Shown: piece by piece, positions 11,059 to 24,017 of the stretch | How positions within the stretch are numbered: the first letter of the stretch is position 1 | Layout of the letters: every line of letters begins with the position of its first letter | Assembly: GCF_001194135.2 (NCBI RefSeq) | Contig: NC_068983.1 | Span: forward strand, 23,001,518-23,065,517 | DNA: 64,000 nt | DNA from: Octopus bimaculoides | Taxonomy: Eukaryota | Direction of reading: 5' to 3' | Program-made: the position numbers and the translations under genes | Notes under the pieces: model-generated | The model's input: the letters and a program-made list of their open reading frames with translations, nothing else | Database searches by the model: none | Told to the model about the DNA's origin: nothing

Positions 11059-13180
11059 TACAATGCGGAAAATCTATCTTTTTTAATTTGTCTGGTCTTA
11101 AAAGCTTTACAACAATATATGGCTTAGGCAACAAATAAACCCTCTTTCTCCAGTCCTCTCTGAAATCTATTCAACAGCTGAGATCTTTTTTGTTAGATTT
11201 GTTTTAGTGAGAGGATAGGTAAGTGTTTCATGTTAATAACTTATGGAATTAACAGATTATCATCACCTCCAATTGTAATTACTTTGGCTGCTATCTTCTG
11301 GCTGTAATATACTCCACTCACATGGTTATTGTTTCTCTGGAGGTATTCAGCTGCCGATAAGCTTCTGTAAACACTTCATTTCTACTACTTTCTATTATAG
11401 TACATATATGAATGTATTTCAGATTTCAAAATAATTTACTTTCAAAAAGTCTTTACGTCACTTCGCATACTTTTCCTGAAATGAATTTCACATCTAATTC
11501 AGAATTGATTGAATATATAATTTAATTAGATACAATATACATTATATATAATATTCCCTAGTGAAAAAGTATCTTGAGTTTTACAAATTTCGAAAGATTC
11601 TCAAATGAGATTGAAAGTAGGGAAATGAATGAAATTTGAAATGAGAAGGAAAACAGGAAAAAATTCAAGAAAAAGAAAATTCTTTTCATGGTAATTATTA
11701 CCATTGAATACAAATATGTTTCCTTTGTATCGAGTCATTGTCACTTTGTTGTCGTGAGATATCATTCACACACACACAACATACACTTTTTATATAGGTT
11801 ACTAGATATTACAGGATTGTGAACTTCACCTCTATATCTCATTTATTTTAATCTCTCTTTACTCTTCATTGAGTGATAATGAAACTGTAATCAAAGGTGG
11901 GGAGAAGATAAATACTACATTTCAACATGAAATAGTTTCTTTTTTTTTTCCTTCTTTCTAAAAGATATATATACTTACTAAATATAACTTCATAGAAAGG
12001 AGGAAAATCAACAGTATTATGAGGTTACCTTTTTGCAAATTCTTATTCCTTTTTGTGTGAAAAAAGAAGTTAACCGCTTAAAAAAACTTTTAAAAGGAAA
12101 AGTATAATCAATGTTTTATTTACCAAATCATTTTGAAAAAGCAACACATTGCCTGTTTCATCGTGGGATTGTATTGATTTAAGGTTAGTGCCATCTGGCA
12201 AACATACCTTCTTTTGAATGAAAATTACTTGGACAACTGGAGTAAGTATATTTCAATGGAAAATTTTCTTGTGAAATGTTTTGGTAGAAATACTTGTATG
12301 TGTAGTTAGTTCCTCTATAAATCTAGGTATAAATTCACACTGTGTATGTAGGCGTGTGTTTTTATTAGGCTCATTAATTTAGTCTTAAGTATCTCATAAT
12401 ATATATTTTGCATTTGAAAATATGCATTCATTTAATATTTGTAAGTTTATATTGTTAGTATATGGTTTTTTGGGGGTTTTTTTATGTGTTAATAAATTTG
12501 AGTGAAATATGAATGTTCCCCTTCTAACTAACAATTTTTTTTTTTTTTTTTTTTTAAGTGTTCAAAGTAATTTTAATTGTTTAAGTTATGAGGATGTTAA
12601 TATGTTCACTAATTCTTTAATCATGTTTATATAATGATTTTTGACTGAGTTAGGAAACTCCCGATCTTTTTAAATGAAGGAATATCGTATGTCATGCTAA
12701 AATTGTTCTATATAATGCCATTACCACCTAACTTTTAAATACACAAATACTTATTTACCTACTGCTTGGAGAGACATTTCTTTTGATATTGAATAAGTAT
12801 ATTTGTATATAGTTTTACTGTGCTGGCCTAAGCTGGAAGGGCTTCAGCATCTCCCTACATAATGTAATTCCCTGTCATCTGGCACAAACAGTGAGGAAGA
12901 AGACTGGGTTGTTTGTTAATTATAACATGTTTCTGACAATGGGTTTTACAGCTGATAACCCTTCCTGTTACCAGCCACTTTACAGAAATACTGGGGTTTA
13001 CATTCCTCCAAAATATGAAGAGGAATAGGTACTCTTGGTATGGGTGATCCTAGTATATTACTATAAGTGTACATTTTATTGACAACAAAAATACAGGTAA
13101 AGTTGTTTAGTTAAGAAGTTTTTCACTTGCATGGTTTCAGGTTTTATCCCACTGTGTGTCACCTCAGACAAATTACTTAA

Positions 13181-13400
13181 CCCTTTGACATTCAGATTTC
13201 TTTATCAAATATATTGCTTATATATTCACATTGTTTTAAATTAATCAAGGATTATCTTGTAGCTTTGAGATTTCAATGGTGTGTTTGTATATTTTTAGAA
13301 TGACATTGTAGAATATGAGTGAAAGGCTGGATTTGGTCAGTTTGAACATAAAATAGGTAGAATATTTCGGCCACATATGACTGGAATAAACACTGAAGGG
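13181..13400. mobile_element. piggyBac-like (TTAA) MITE
   Basis: TTAA|CCCTT...AAGGG|TTAA. Body shared with 33890-34245 and 47920-48094. Confidence 0.75.
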
Positions 13401-13791
13401 TTAAACTGTAGCTTCAGATTGACCATTACTTTGTAAATAAAATTTGATAAACTACAACTCTGGAAGTCCATTATATATTTATGAGTACAATGTGGTCTTC
13501 TTACTAAGGCAGAAACTTCAAATAAAAATTGACTTGCTCCGTGATGGTCCATCCAAACCATGACAGCATGGAAAGCAAACTTAAAATGATACCATTATGA
13601 TGTATACGTGTGTGTGAATAATGTAAACAACAGCAAGAAAATTGAAAACTGATGCTTTACATAGGAAATCCCATGCACTATTTCTTTTACGTCATGCTAC
13701 ACACACACGCATTCCCTTGTTGCTCTCACTGCCAGAAATGTAGTTGATTGGTGATTGGCCTGTCAGAAACATTAAGGAATAGCTTGGTTGC

Positions 13792-13985
13792 AATCATCAT
13801 CATCATCATTTAGCATCTGCTTTCTATGCTGGCATGGGTTAGATGGTTTGACTGAAATGAGTAAGCTGGGGAGCTGCTCCAGGTTCCAACTTGATTTGGC
13901 ATGGTTTCTACAGCTATGCCCTTCTTAATGCCAACCACTCCAAGAGTGTAATGGGTGCTTTTTACATACCACCAGCACAGTTACC
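13792..13985 (-). mobile_element. Family C retroposon, older copy
   Basis: (CAT)n followed by the reverse complement of the C tail and body. Confidence 0.75.
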
Positions 13986-14355
13986 AGTTATGTGGCACTG
14001 GTGTTGGCCACATTATATAAAAATAAAGAGATTATAATTTTTGTTTGCATTTCTATGCTAGCATAGGTTGGATGTCATCCCAGTCCAAGTCAATTCTTAT
14101 TTGAAGTTACTACCTTCTTACATAGTTTGGGCAGAACCATGTCCTGCTCACACCGTTCATTTTAGGTTTGGTTCCCATGGCTGGATGCCCTTTCTATCAC
14201 CAACTACTTTATAGTGTGTACTGGGTGCATTTTCTCATGGTACCAAGAGAGAGTTTATCATGTCTTCCACAAGACTAAGTTCCTAACAACCCTATGTCAA
14301 CTCTACTCAGTTAACAACCCCTTTACAGAGTGTACTGGGTGCATTTTATCATAGT

Positions 14356-14511
14356 ACCTGCAAAGTGTACACCCAAATACTTAATAGTTCCTGCACAGAC
14401 CATGTGACCAAGTTAATGCTGCCTGTCTAGTCCTGCTTCCCATGGTACATTATCATTACCCCTCTGTCCTTTCCTCACTTATTACACTGTCTTCCCTATT
14501 CTGATCCTTCT
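14356..14511 (+). repeat. 156-bp direct repeat, copy 1
   Basis: About 95% identical and collinear with 16924-17079. Confidence 0.9.
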
Positions 14512-15596
14512 ATTGCCCTGTGTCTTCTAAAACTGAGTAGTTGTCACAATTCTATGTGGTGCTTGTTTGCTCAAGTCATGGACTAAGAAATAAATGATGA
14601 GAAACATTGATGATAGATGAGAGAAATAATCAACCTCAGCTGGATTTGAACCTTGATTAGTGAATATCTAGTAGTTCAAATCTGTCTTAATTTCAGGTTC
14701 ATAGTTTGATTATATCTCTATATTTGTAATGTACTTAGTAGCTGTCATTACTCTCTGTATTTATCAGTGTGTTTCATTAGTACAAATAAACGATGTTAAA
14801 AGAGAAGTCAGACACGTGACTTTATTGTTGTCTGTCTTGTGGGAGATGGATTCAAATGTACAATGTTACTCACTTACACTACCCCCATGTCTCCCACTAT
14901 ACATACACTACCCCTCTTTCTCTCTTTCTCCTTTCATTTGATTATTCATGATATTAGGATTAAGTACCTGTCTTGTGCAAGCAGTTTTAATGAACTGTCA
15001 CACTGTTGGCTCTAATCTCTGTGTAATAAACTAATAGTATTTCAGTGTCAGTGATGACTGTTTTACATTCACTGCAGCTTTCTTTTTGTAATATCTTTGC
15101 CATTATCAGATGCTCCTCCTCGCCACTTATTTGTTGATCTACTTTCAATAAGTCAGCTTAATTAGAGATATCAGTAAAAGCATGCCTCGTCTATATAAGC
15201 TCACACACACACATACACGAATTCATTTGTTCAGTGTGTTGGCTGAGCTTTAGCTACTCACTCACCTGTATCATCCCTGACATAGACACTGGGTTGTCTG
15301 CTGGCTAATAGTATAGCCTTGAAATTATCTGTGCATCCACGCACGTGCCATGTTCAGCAGATGTTGCACCTTTTCAAAAAAGACTTTAAAATATTTGCAT
15401 GAGATATAACCGTTGATACTTCACTTTACTTGTTTCACCATCCCACTTACCTATAATTTTAACTGAAATTTCTCACTCCTGCTACTACTCACAGTTCATA
15501 ATTTAGATACTACTTTACAGAACGCAGCAGGTGGTGCATTCAAAATGCTAACTTGTCTGTCTTTGTCTCAAGTTAAAGGCTCTAATTTACAATAGC

Positions 15597-15637
<41 letters not shown>

Positions 15638-15640
<3 letters not shown>

Positions 15641-16070
15641 TGAGCTAGCAGAATTATTACTACACTGGACAAAATGCTTAGTGGTGGTTCTTTATGTTTT
15701 GAGTACAAATTTCACTCAGGTCAACTTTGCCTTTTTAGCCTTTTGGGGTCAGTGAAATAAGTATCAGTTGAATACTGAGGTCAGTGTAATTGACTACCTT
15801 CCTCCCACAAATTTCAGGCCTTGTGCCTTTAGTAGAAAGGATTATTATTATTATCATTATCATTATTATTGCAGTGAGCTGGTAGAATTGTTAGTATGCC
15901 GGGTGGCAGCATTTTGTCCATCTCTACATTCTGAGGTTAACTTTGCCTTTCATCATTTCAGGGTCAATAAAATAAGTACCAGTTGAACACTGGGGACAAT
16001 GTTATTGACTTACTCCCACCCCTGAAATTGCTGGCCTTGTGCCAAATTGTGAAACCATTATTATTATTAT
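15638..16070 (+). mobile_element. Two to three tandem family B SINEs following a (TG)n tract
   Basis: B head, core and tails; (TG)n at ~15602-15638. Confidence 0.8.
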
Positions 16071-16779
16071 TTACACTATATAATGTCTGAAAAGTTTGAG
16101 TAAACTTTGGTAAGTGCCATGCACTTGAGTCACTTTTGTGGTTTCAGTTTATTAACCCTGTGTCATGTGGTGTTCCTGCTATGGCAGAAATAGTTTAAAT
16201 GTCGTCCCTGCTGGATTCCCGCTAAAAGTAGTAACGAACAACATGCATAGAAAAATAAAATAAAATAAAAATCAGACACCTGAACGTGTTGCAGGTTTGT
16301 TGTCAAGTGTGTCTATGACTCATTGTTAATAGTGTCCCCCATAGCTGTAGCTTATATCTGTTTTTAATAAAATAAAAAAAAGAAGAAAAGGCGATTTTGC
16401 AATGAAGCTAGTATGTGATGAACCCAGCATTTCATCTGGATGAGGACTTTACAATTACACTGGCACTGAGAGCAGTTTGGATAATGAGACTGGTGAAAGT
16501 GATGAGGAAAGTAGCTATTCAGGTGAACAGATATAGTAGTTGAGATAATCCTGTAATTGTTATTCTCCTGAATTGCTAACCTAATGAGAGCGGTTGCTAG
16601 AAACACAGTAGTTGAAAACAGGATGTGTCATAGGACAGATTAACCCAGCATTGGGTAAGCAGCTATTTAGCTATTGTGCATAAGGACATAGAAACCCTCA
16701 TTCTGAATTCAGTATATGTTTTTAGAATCTAGCGGCTATTAGTAGATCTAGCCTCTACGTCTCTCCAATAGCAAACTGG

Positions 16780-17079
16780 AGTAAAAGCTGTTGTTATTGC
16801 CATGTATGGTCTGGGTGATACAGCTTGACAATTTCCCATTTACAAGAATATATTTGACTTGATAAAACCAAAGATCTCTATTGTAAAACTATCCAAAAAG
16901 CTTCCTCCGAGGAGACTGACAAAACCTGCAAAGTGTACACCCAAATACTTAATAGTTCCTGCACAGACCATGTGACCAGGTTAATGCTGCCTGTCTAGTC
17001 CTGCTTCCCATGATACATTATCATTATCCCTCTGTTCTTTCCTCACTTATTACACTATCTTCCCTATTCTGATCCTTCT
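16780..17079 (+). mobile_element. Possible decayed 3' end of an R4/Dong-type non-LTR element, including direct repeat copy 2 (16924-17079)
   Basis: Broken translation VKAVVIAMYGLG...KISI../IQKAS loosely resembles the restriction-like-endonuclease C-terminus (V.PVVIGALG...IQK). Weak. Confidence 0.3.
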
Positions 17080-18669
17080 GTTACTACCTGTCCATGCTTT
17101 CTACACCAACCAAACTACCTATCCTTTCCATTTTAACCAGATTCTTTCTCCAAATCTTGCACCCCTAAAGATTCTATCTTGAACACTTTGTACAGATTAC
17201 AAATGTAATCTGTACAAATTTCAGAGACTCTTTCCCTCTGACTCTTCCCTCACCCCCTTCTTGCAGTCTCCTCCTCTTTCCTCCTATCATCCTGCCTCTT
17301 TTCTCTCCTGTGCAATCAGTTATATAAATTCTTTCTTGGTTACTGTAAACATAGTTGATAACACCCTACTGTAAATGTACTTACTTACACAGGTACTTCT
17401 TGCTATAATTCTCACTTTACCATCACCTTTTACTGGAGAAGAGAATTTGTGTAAACCTGCTTTTATCTACTTTGAGGTTCATTTCCTGGAGGAAATTGTT
17501 ATTTCTATAAAATTATCCATACTGAGCATTATTTTGGTTGGTCTTAAGTAAGCTTGTTCATTTAGCTAAAACATGTCTTTCTCAGGAGCTATAGCACTCA
17601 CTCAAACACACATATTGTATGTATTAAAGTTGTTGCAACAATTCCAATATTCTATAGACTTAATAGCAGCAGCAACGATAACAAATTAATTAAACAACTG
17701 ATTTAATTTGATGTAAGTTTTATCTAATTCAAAAATTGGTGGCAAATATTTTTCTCAAAGTGGGTAACAATGTTCCATCAAATTTTTCCTAACATCTGAA
17801 TGGAATTTTTGTTGTTAAATTCCAAGTTGTTATGCATTGTTTAAAGTTTGATACAGCTTATCAAGCACATTTCTTAATAAAAATGGCAACATTCCGATAT
17901 CTCTAAAGTCACAGAGGTAACTATTTATTGAGAAAGACGTGCAAAGTGTGTCATTGTTTATTCACAATTATCATTCTTCTTCAAGATAGACATTGTGGCA
18001 TTGCTGTATGTTGTAGAAAGTTTTAAAAGTATTCCTTCCACCTATATTTAGTTGCCTGCATTTTTTTCTACCTCCCTAACTCTTAAACACAAGGCAAGAC
18101 CCATCCACCCTTTACAACAAATGAGTTTATTGAAATTTTTTTATAAACTCTGCTCTAGTCAAATTTGTGGCCACACTACAAACTCTGACGTGGTTATTTA
18201 TATAAAATGAAGTGTGATGGTCAGAGTACATTACTTCGGTTTTGCTGTCCTGTCAGTATATGAGTATGTTATTTCAGTGGCTTAACTGGGCACAAGTAGT
18301 AGATGATGTTCTTGTTTCTTCATAACATTGTAGAGTGGGTGCTACCAGACTCGTGGTTTGGACCTTGTTAGGCAATTTATTTTGTTGCTTTTGGGGCATT
18401 ATATAACCTGTTTAAAAAAAAAAAAACTCTCTCTTCCTTAGTATTTCAGCTGTTTTAATAAAAATATCCAAAACTGAGAAACCAATAGAACAACACTTTT
18501 GTCTGGTCAATAGTTCCCTTCTGCAGTCAGTTTTAATAATCAGCATATACCTAATCTTTAATTATTTTTCTTTGCATTAAATTTTATTTTGTTTTCCATT
18601 TTCCTCCATCGCTTAGTTGAGGAGGCTTTTTCTTGTTCTTTTCCAGTCTTACAATTTACTTGGCAACTG

Positions 18670-18842
18670 GCACAAAAAAAAAATACCCATTACATTGTAA
18701 AGTGGTTGACATTATAAAGGTCATCTAACTGTAGCAACCATGCCAAGCCTGACAATGGGGTTCAACACAGCCCTATGGCTTGCCAGATCCTGTCAAGCCA
18801 TCCAACCCATTCCAGCATGGAAAATGGACATTAAATAATGAT
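18670..18842 (+). mobile_element. Degenerate family C retroposon
   Basis: Tail CCAACCCATTCCAGCATGGAAAATGGACATTAAA. Confidence 0.65.
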
Positions 18843-19802
18843 CCTATTTAGCTTTCCTTTACTATATTTCGTATCATCATGACTAGTTGATGAGCCATCT
18901 TTCCAAACTGTCATCAACTGAACAGGGCTTCAGTATGGGTACCCAATACTCACCATTTCTTTGTGTATCCTGTCCATACATTGGCAGCCACCTCTCTTAT
19001 GTACATCAACTATCATTATGCCCAGTTTATTTCTCTGCTTTTATTGAGATATATAAGAAATTTTTGGTGTTTTTCTTGTGAAAGAAATATTTTATAGCTG
19101 GATGGTTTTTATGACATTTGAGAATTTTATGATTAAAGACTCAGGTAAATAGAATAAAATAACTTTCATGAGGGAAAACTGCAATACTTGCAGTAACAAC
19201 TTATTCACAGTGGTATTGCTAGAGTTTGTACTGCTCAAGACAGAACTTGAGTAAGCCACTTCCTCCCATGAAAACCACAACATAACACATACATATAAAG
19301 TACCATCTGGGGCCAAAAGCTCCACTTATTGTCTTTTGGATATGCTAGTGTTCATTCCTTAAGACTGTGTTACCCTTACCACTTACCATTTGAAATATAT
19401 TGACTTATTTGGTACGTGAACTTCGTGCCTCAAACATCTTATATTGGATGCATAAATGCTTAGGGATATGATTGTTGTATTTGGGGTGATGTGTTTGGTA
19501 TTATTTCAGTGACACTTCACACCAGTGAAGCTGTGCTACAGAAATAACTGAAGCTAGCATTCTTGTGAAAGCTCCTTTACCAACTTAAGTTACACTTATA
19601 TATTTGTTTGATATGGACTACTACTTATTTGGTTTTACATCAGTAAATTGTTTGTCAATATGCTGACCCATATCAGATACAACAAGCCTTAACTGCCATG
19701 CTTGACTATAAGCTTCTTGTTTAAAGAGTGAGTCAACTTATTGGTATGGACTTGTTTTGGTTGTACACTCATGATATGTATCCTTTGTATGTTCATGAAA
19801 AC

Positions 19803-19803
<1 letters not shown>

Positions 19804-19844
<41 letters not shown>
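19804..19844. repeat. (TA)n microsatellite
   Basis: Read directly. Confidence 0.95.
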
Positions 19845-19847
<3 letters not shown>

Positions 19848-20447
19848 AACAATGCTTGGATAGACAATAAACATGCCTGCAGAATGTGTTGGTTGAAATT
19901 TCAAAGTCTTTAGTCAATTATGCACCACTAATTTAAGCACAGATGTAGAATCAGAGACATTGTAAATATGTAATTAAAGGGATGGAGGGGAATGTACTAA
20001 ATGTTATATGTGGCAACATCTGTGTGGCAAATCAATCATAAATACCATAAAGCAGTATCTTTGGGATTGGTTTCGTTTGACCCAGCTAAAGAATGTGTTA
20101 AAACCAAATGAAGAAAATCTAAGCTCAACTAGCACATGTTACATCATCGATGAAGTACATTTTTTACCTTGAGTAGATTAAGTGACGGCAGCTGTTGTTT
20201 ATTAGTCATCGAAATGACCAAAGCTTTTTAAACAGCATTGGGTGTGAAGTTTAGTCCAAAATCTATTATTGTAAAGGTGTGGTTACAATGAATTTGCAAT
20301 AAACTAGACCACTGCTATTCAATAGGCTTGATAAGTCACAATGTGTTGAACTTTTGCATTTCGTATTCTGAATGCTATTAAACAATAAGTGTACAGAAGA
20401 ATATATTACAAATATTATAATATCTATTTTATTTGTAGGAATATTAA

Positions 20448-20870
20448 CCCTTTTCATCCCAGTCCACCTAAAGCTACTCTCGGTTCTATGATTGCAAACT
20501 TCTTGTTTTAACCTTTTTGGTCACCATCCACCTGAAACCACTTCTGGTTCTATAACACAAACTTCCTGTTTTAAAATGATTTTAATTAAAAATATCTGCC
20601 ATCTAAATTTCATGTTAATTTATGTTCCAAATGCCAACTTTATAATTAGTTATCTTACTAAATTCTTCATTATTGTCAAAATCAGTTGCCACAAAGACAA
20701 TGCATTTCAATAGAAATACAATAATGAAAAGGTTAAAGTGATTTAAATTAAAACCATCCATTAAAATCTTGTGTTTATTTATGTTCCAAATGCCAGCTAT
20801 TTAATAACAGTTACTTAACTAAGTCCTTCATTATTTTCAAAATTAATTGAAATAAAGACAGTGTAACAAG
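20448..20870. mobile_element. piggyBac-like (TTAA) MITE, second family, with duplicated 5' and 3' segments
   Basis: TTAA|CCCTTTT at 20444-20454 and AAAAGG|TTAA at 20727-20736. The 5' ~63 bp are repeated at ~20508 and the 3' half again at ~20737-20870. Confidence 0.65.
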
Positions 20871-21197
20871 AAAGTTGACTTTCTATTCTTTATTTTCATA
20901 AATAACTAAATTCAGTGTGAAACATTATTTTATTTTATTAAAAGTTTGAAATGATGTGAATATTTCTCACTGTTGATCTCTCTTTTTTTCTTGATCCAAC
21001 AAGCTCGTTAGACCAAAGTTTACCCCAGTTCCTATCATGTTTTAATGACTGAGAGTACAAGACCATCCTCTGAACAGGGTCCAGTCTGCCACAGGCTTAA
21101 CACCCTGCTGTTGCAGGCATACATTTTCACCCAAAACAGCAAGAAATAAAGCACCTTGTTCAAGGAAGCAACATACCATCCGGTTCTGAAATTGAAC

Positions 21198-21781
21198 GGA
21201 TCTTTTTTAAAACGGGGGCCACATTTTTCATTAATGTTTTATGTAGTGTTTTTGGTACCGAAAGACTTTCAAACTTCGTATACTTATCTATTTTGTGTTA
21301 TAGAACAGAAAAATATTTTTGTATTCAAATTTATTTCATGTAAAAAATTGTCTTATTTCGATAATTTCAACCAATCACTGACAAGTATTCAGTTGTTTAG
21401 ATTTACTCCTTTGGCTGATTAAGCGATGTAAAGCGTATTTAATCTCCATACCTTCGTTTTATTTGCTTTTTTCATTTTAAATTTGCTTTAACCCTAACCC
21501 TAACCCTAACCCTAACCGTAGGGTTAGAGTTAGGGTTAGGGTTAATTGTTTCAGAATCGTTTGTTTATGTAGTCGGCACTTAATGTATATCGGCTGAATG
21601 GACGTCAGTGATTGGTTGAAATTACAGAAATACGACAGCTTTAACATGGAATAATTTATGGATTTCTTTTTTTTAAGAAGACTAAGAGAAAAAGATGTTT
21701 TATATGACACATTCTACCAGTGTTCCAAGTTTCAAAGTGTTTCGTTAACGAAAAATGTGGCCCCCGTTTTAAAAAAGATCC
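21198..21781 (+). mobile_element. Young TIR MITE (Merlin-like) with telomeric-repeat core, copy 1, 584 bp
   Basis: 32-bp perfect TIR GGATCTTTTTTAAAACGGGGGCCACATTTTTC; 8-bp TSD AATTGAAC (21190-97, 21782-89). 5'-GG termini with an 8-bp TSD fit Merlin; hAT not excluded. Strand is arbitrary, to mark relative orientation. Confidence 0.92.
21488..21545. repeat. Palindromic telomeric repeat core
   Basis: TT-(AACCCT)4-AACCGT-AGGGTT-AGAGTT-(AGGGTT)2-AA. Confidence 0.95.
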
Positions 21782-22479
21782 AATTGAACTCACAATGTTT
21801 TGATTATGGAGACCAACACCCAAACCATTAGTTTGTACACTTTCCCTTCTCATTGTTTATACATCTTAAATCTCCCTTTCAATGAGAAGACCAATATTTA
21901 TACTGAGATAATTATAGCATTTAAAGTAAATTCACTCTCAGAGCTTATAAAGTATTTAATATATATTATATTTATGAGGTTTTGAGTTATCTAATTAAAT
22001 TATTCAGACTATTTATTTGCTCTTGGTATATTTGTTTTATTGCAACATTAAACCTAATCACTTATATAATTTCCTTTCATTTTCCATATCTCTATCTTAT
22101 TAATTTTGCATTTCCCATACTTATCTAGTTTATTGTTTAGTAATTACCTACAACATATTTAACACATTAAAATCTATATTTTTCATACCAAAGTATGAAT
22201 AAGCTGAGAAGAATTCAAATTTGATATATTCTAAAGTCGCAGTGCTTAGAATGATTTAGTTACTTGCTTCACTGGACATATTTAAGTAGGTTGAAGCTTC
22301 AGTTATTGAACCTAAATCCCAGATTATAAAGCCGGATTCTCTAACCTAGAACTTGATCAACAATAAATGTATTAAAATTATATGCATGTGTATGTGTGCA
22401 TATGTGTTTTTGAAATTACATACACAAAGTGCAAAATCCTCTTATTTTGACATGCATGTGCTGATTGTAAGCAAAATTG

Positions 22480-22720
22480 TCATCAATCATACAAATTGTC
22501 GTTTGTCTGCAGTTCTTCACAAAAACATGTCTGGACTGTTTATAGGTCATTAGACAGGGGAATTGTTATCTTGCTTGAAAACAAGGGAAGGCTGGCATCA
22601 GGCAGGGCATCTGGCCATAGAAAATTCTACTTCAGTGAAGTCCCATCTGGACCCATGCAAACATGGAAAAATAGACGTTAAAATTATGATGGCACTGATG
22701 ATGATGATGATGATGATGAT
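22480..22720 (+). mobile_element. Family F SINE 3' half
   Basis: AAACATGTCTGG...TTGCTTGAAAACA...ACCCATGCAAACATGGAAAA...(GAT)n, as in 51372-51790. Confidence 0.65.
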
Positions 22721-23091
22721 GATAAATCTGGTTCTCAGCCAATAACTACAAGATAAACTATGATTACGTGATTTCTGGTAACTAGGACATCATATTGACT
22801 GGACTATAATGGGAAGTTACTTATTTGGAGAAGGATATATATTCCTTTTTTAAGCTGTCATAGTCATAAAAGAAAAGAAAAAAAAACTATGTTTATGTGT
22901 ATCTATATTTAAGTTTCTCTGTGTTTTCATATTTTCATTAGTTCTATGATTTATTTGCTCCCACCTTTGACAAATAAATATCTGTTTTTGTTAATTTAGT
23001 GGTGATGATGTGATTACAATAGTTATCAGAAAAGAATAATAAAGAGATGAATTGGTGCAAGGAAACAAAAAGTCCCAAGGGTCTTTTTATT

Positions 23092-23138
23092 NNNNNNNNN
23101 NNNNNNNNNNNNNNNNNNNNNNNNNNNNNNNNNNNNNN
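23092..23138. other. Assembly gap (47 N)
   Basis: N run. Confidence 1.
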
Positions 23139-23579
23139 ATATATGAGAGAGAGGGAGGGTCTTTTGTTTTTTCCAGACAAATATTACATCATTTCCATTT
23201 GAACTGTATTTGTCTCATAAAATATACATTTTTTTTTCTATAAACTATTTGCTTAATATTCCTGAGCACTCATTATTATTATGGCGCCACATAAAAATAT
23301 TTTTTGTTAAACAACTGATTTTTATATTATTGGTTGCTATTTATTTTTTATTTTTTTATTGTTCTTGTCCAACACTGCATTTTACTAAGTGGCTGATGTC
23401 GAATTGGGGTGGGTTTTGTATACCAACTAAATAATCATACATTTTATATATTGCTAATAGCTTCCAAGACATCATTATTAATCATATTATATAACTCTTA
23501 AAGATTTTTTTTCTATTTATTTATTTATTCCATTTTATCCCCCTCTCATAAAAATGTCTCTCACACTGAATAATCCTTT

Positions 23580-23790
23580 CTAATTTTGGCATGAGACCAA
23601 CAATTTTGAGGGGAGGGGGAAGTCGATCACATTGACTCCTGTGCTCAACTGGTATTTTTTTTTATCGGTCCCAAAAGGATGAAAGGTAAAGTCAACTTTT
23701 ACCTTTCATCAAAGCATTTGAACTAAGTATGTAAAGCGCTGGAAGAAACGCTGCCAAGCATTTTGTCTGAGATGCTAATGATTCTACCTG
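23580..23790 (-). mobile_element. Degenerate family B SINE
   Basis: Reverse complement of B core (GGATGAAAGGTAAAGTCAAC). Confidence 0.7.
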
Positions 23791-24017
23791 ATCACTGCCT
23801 TTCTCGCATTAAATAATACTTGCTGAAATTAGATGTCATTGGTAGTTCATTCAAGTATTCTGTTCTTTGCGTTCAGTCTTAATTCTTTTGTGGCTGAGTT
23901 TCAAATACCCTGCTTATGTGTTTTGAAAATAATCATAAATTTGGAGGGATTTAGTAAAGCTACTAGCTTTCATTATGGAAATATTAGTAACATAGCAAAA
24001 TGCTTTTTTTTTTAATA

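Larger units (their letters stand above)
20995..21830 (-). mobile_element. Degenerate family G-like SINE interrupted by the 21198-21781 MITE
   Basis: CTTGTTCAAGGAAGCAAC...GAAATTGAAC|insert|AATTGAACTCACAATGTTTTGATT reads continuously as a reversed tRNA-like head. Confidence 0.55.

Noticed and set aside
11178-11224. Cassette exon at the perfect AG|GTAAGT donor (11219)
   Set aside because: Nearby acceptors give 11, 22 or 41 nt (frameshift) or 36 nt with an in-frame stop. A non-coding first exon cannot be excluded.
14356-17079. LTR retrotransposon
   Set aside because: No TG...CA termini, PBS, PPT, TSD or gag/pol remnants visible.
21488-21545. Chromosome-end or telomere-fusion scar
   Set aside because: It lies inside a TIR element present twice, and the order is CCCTAA then TTAGGG, opposite to a fusion junction.
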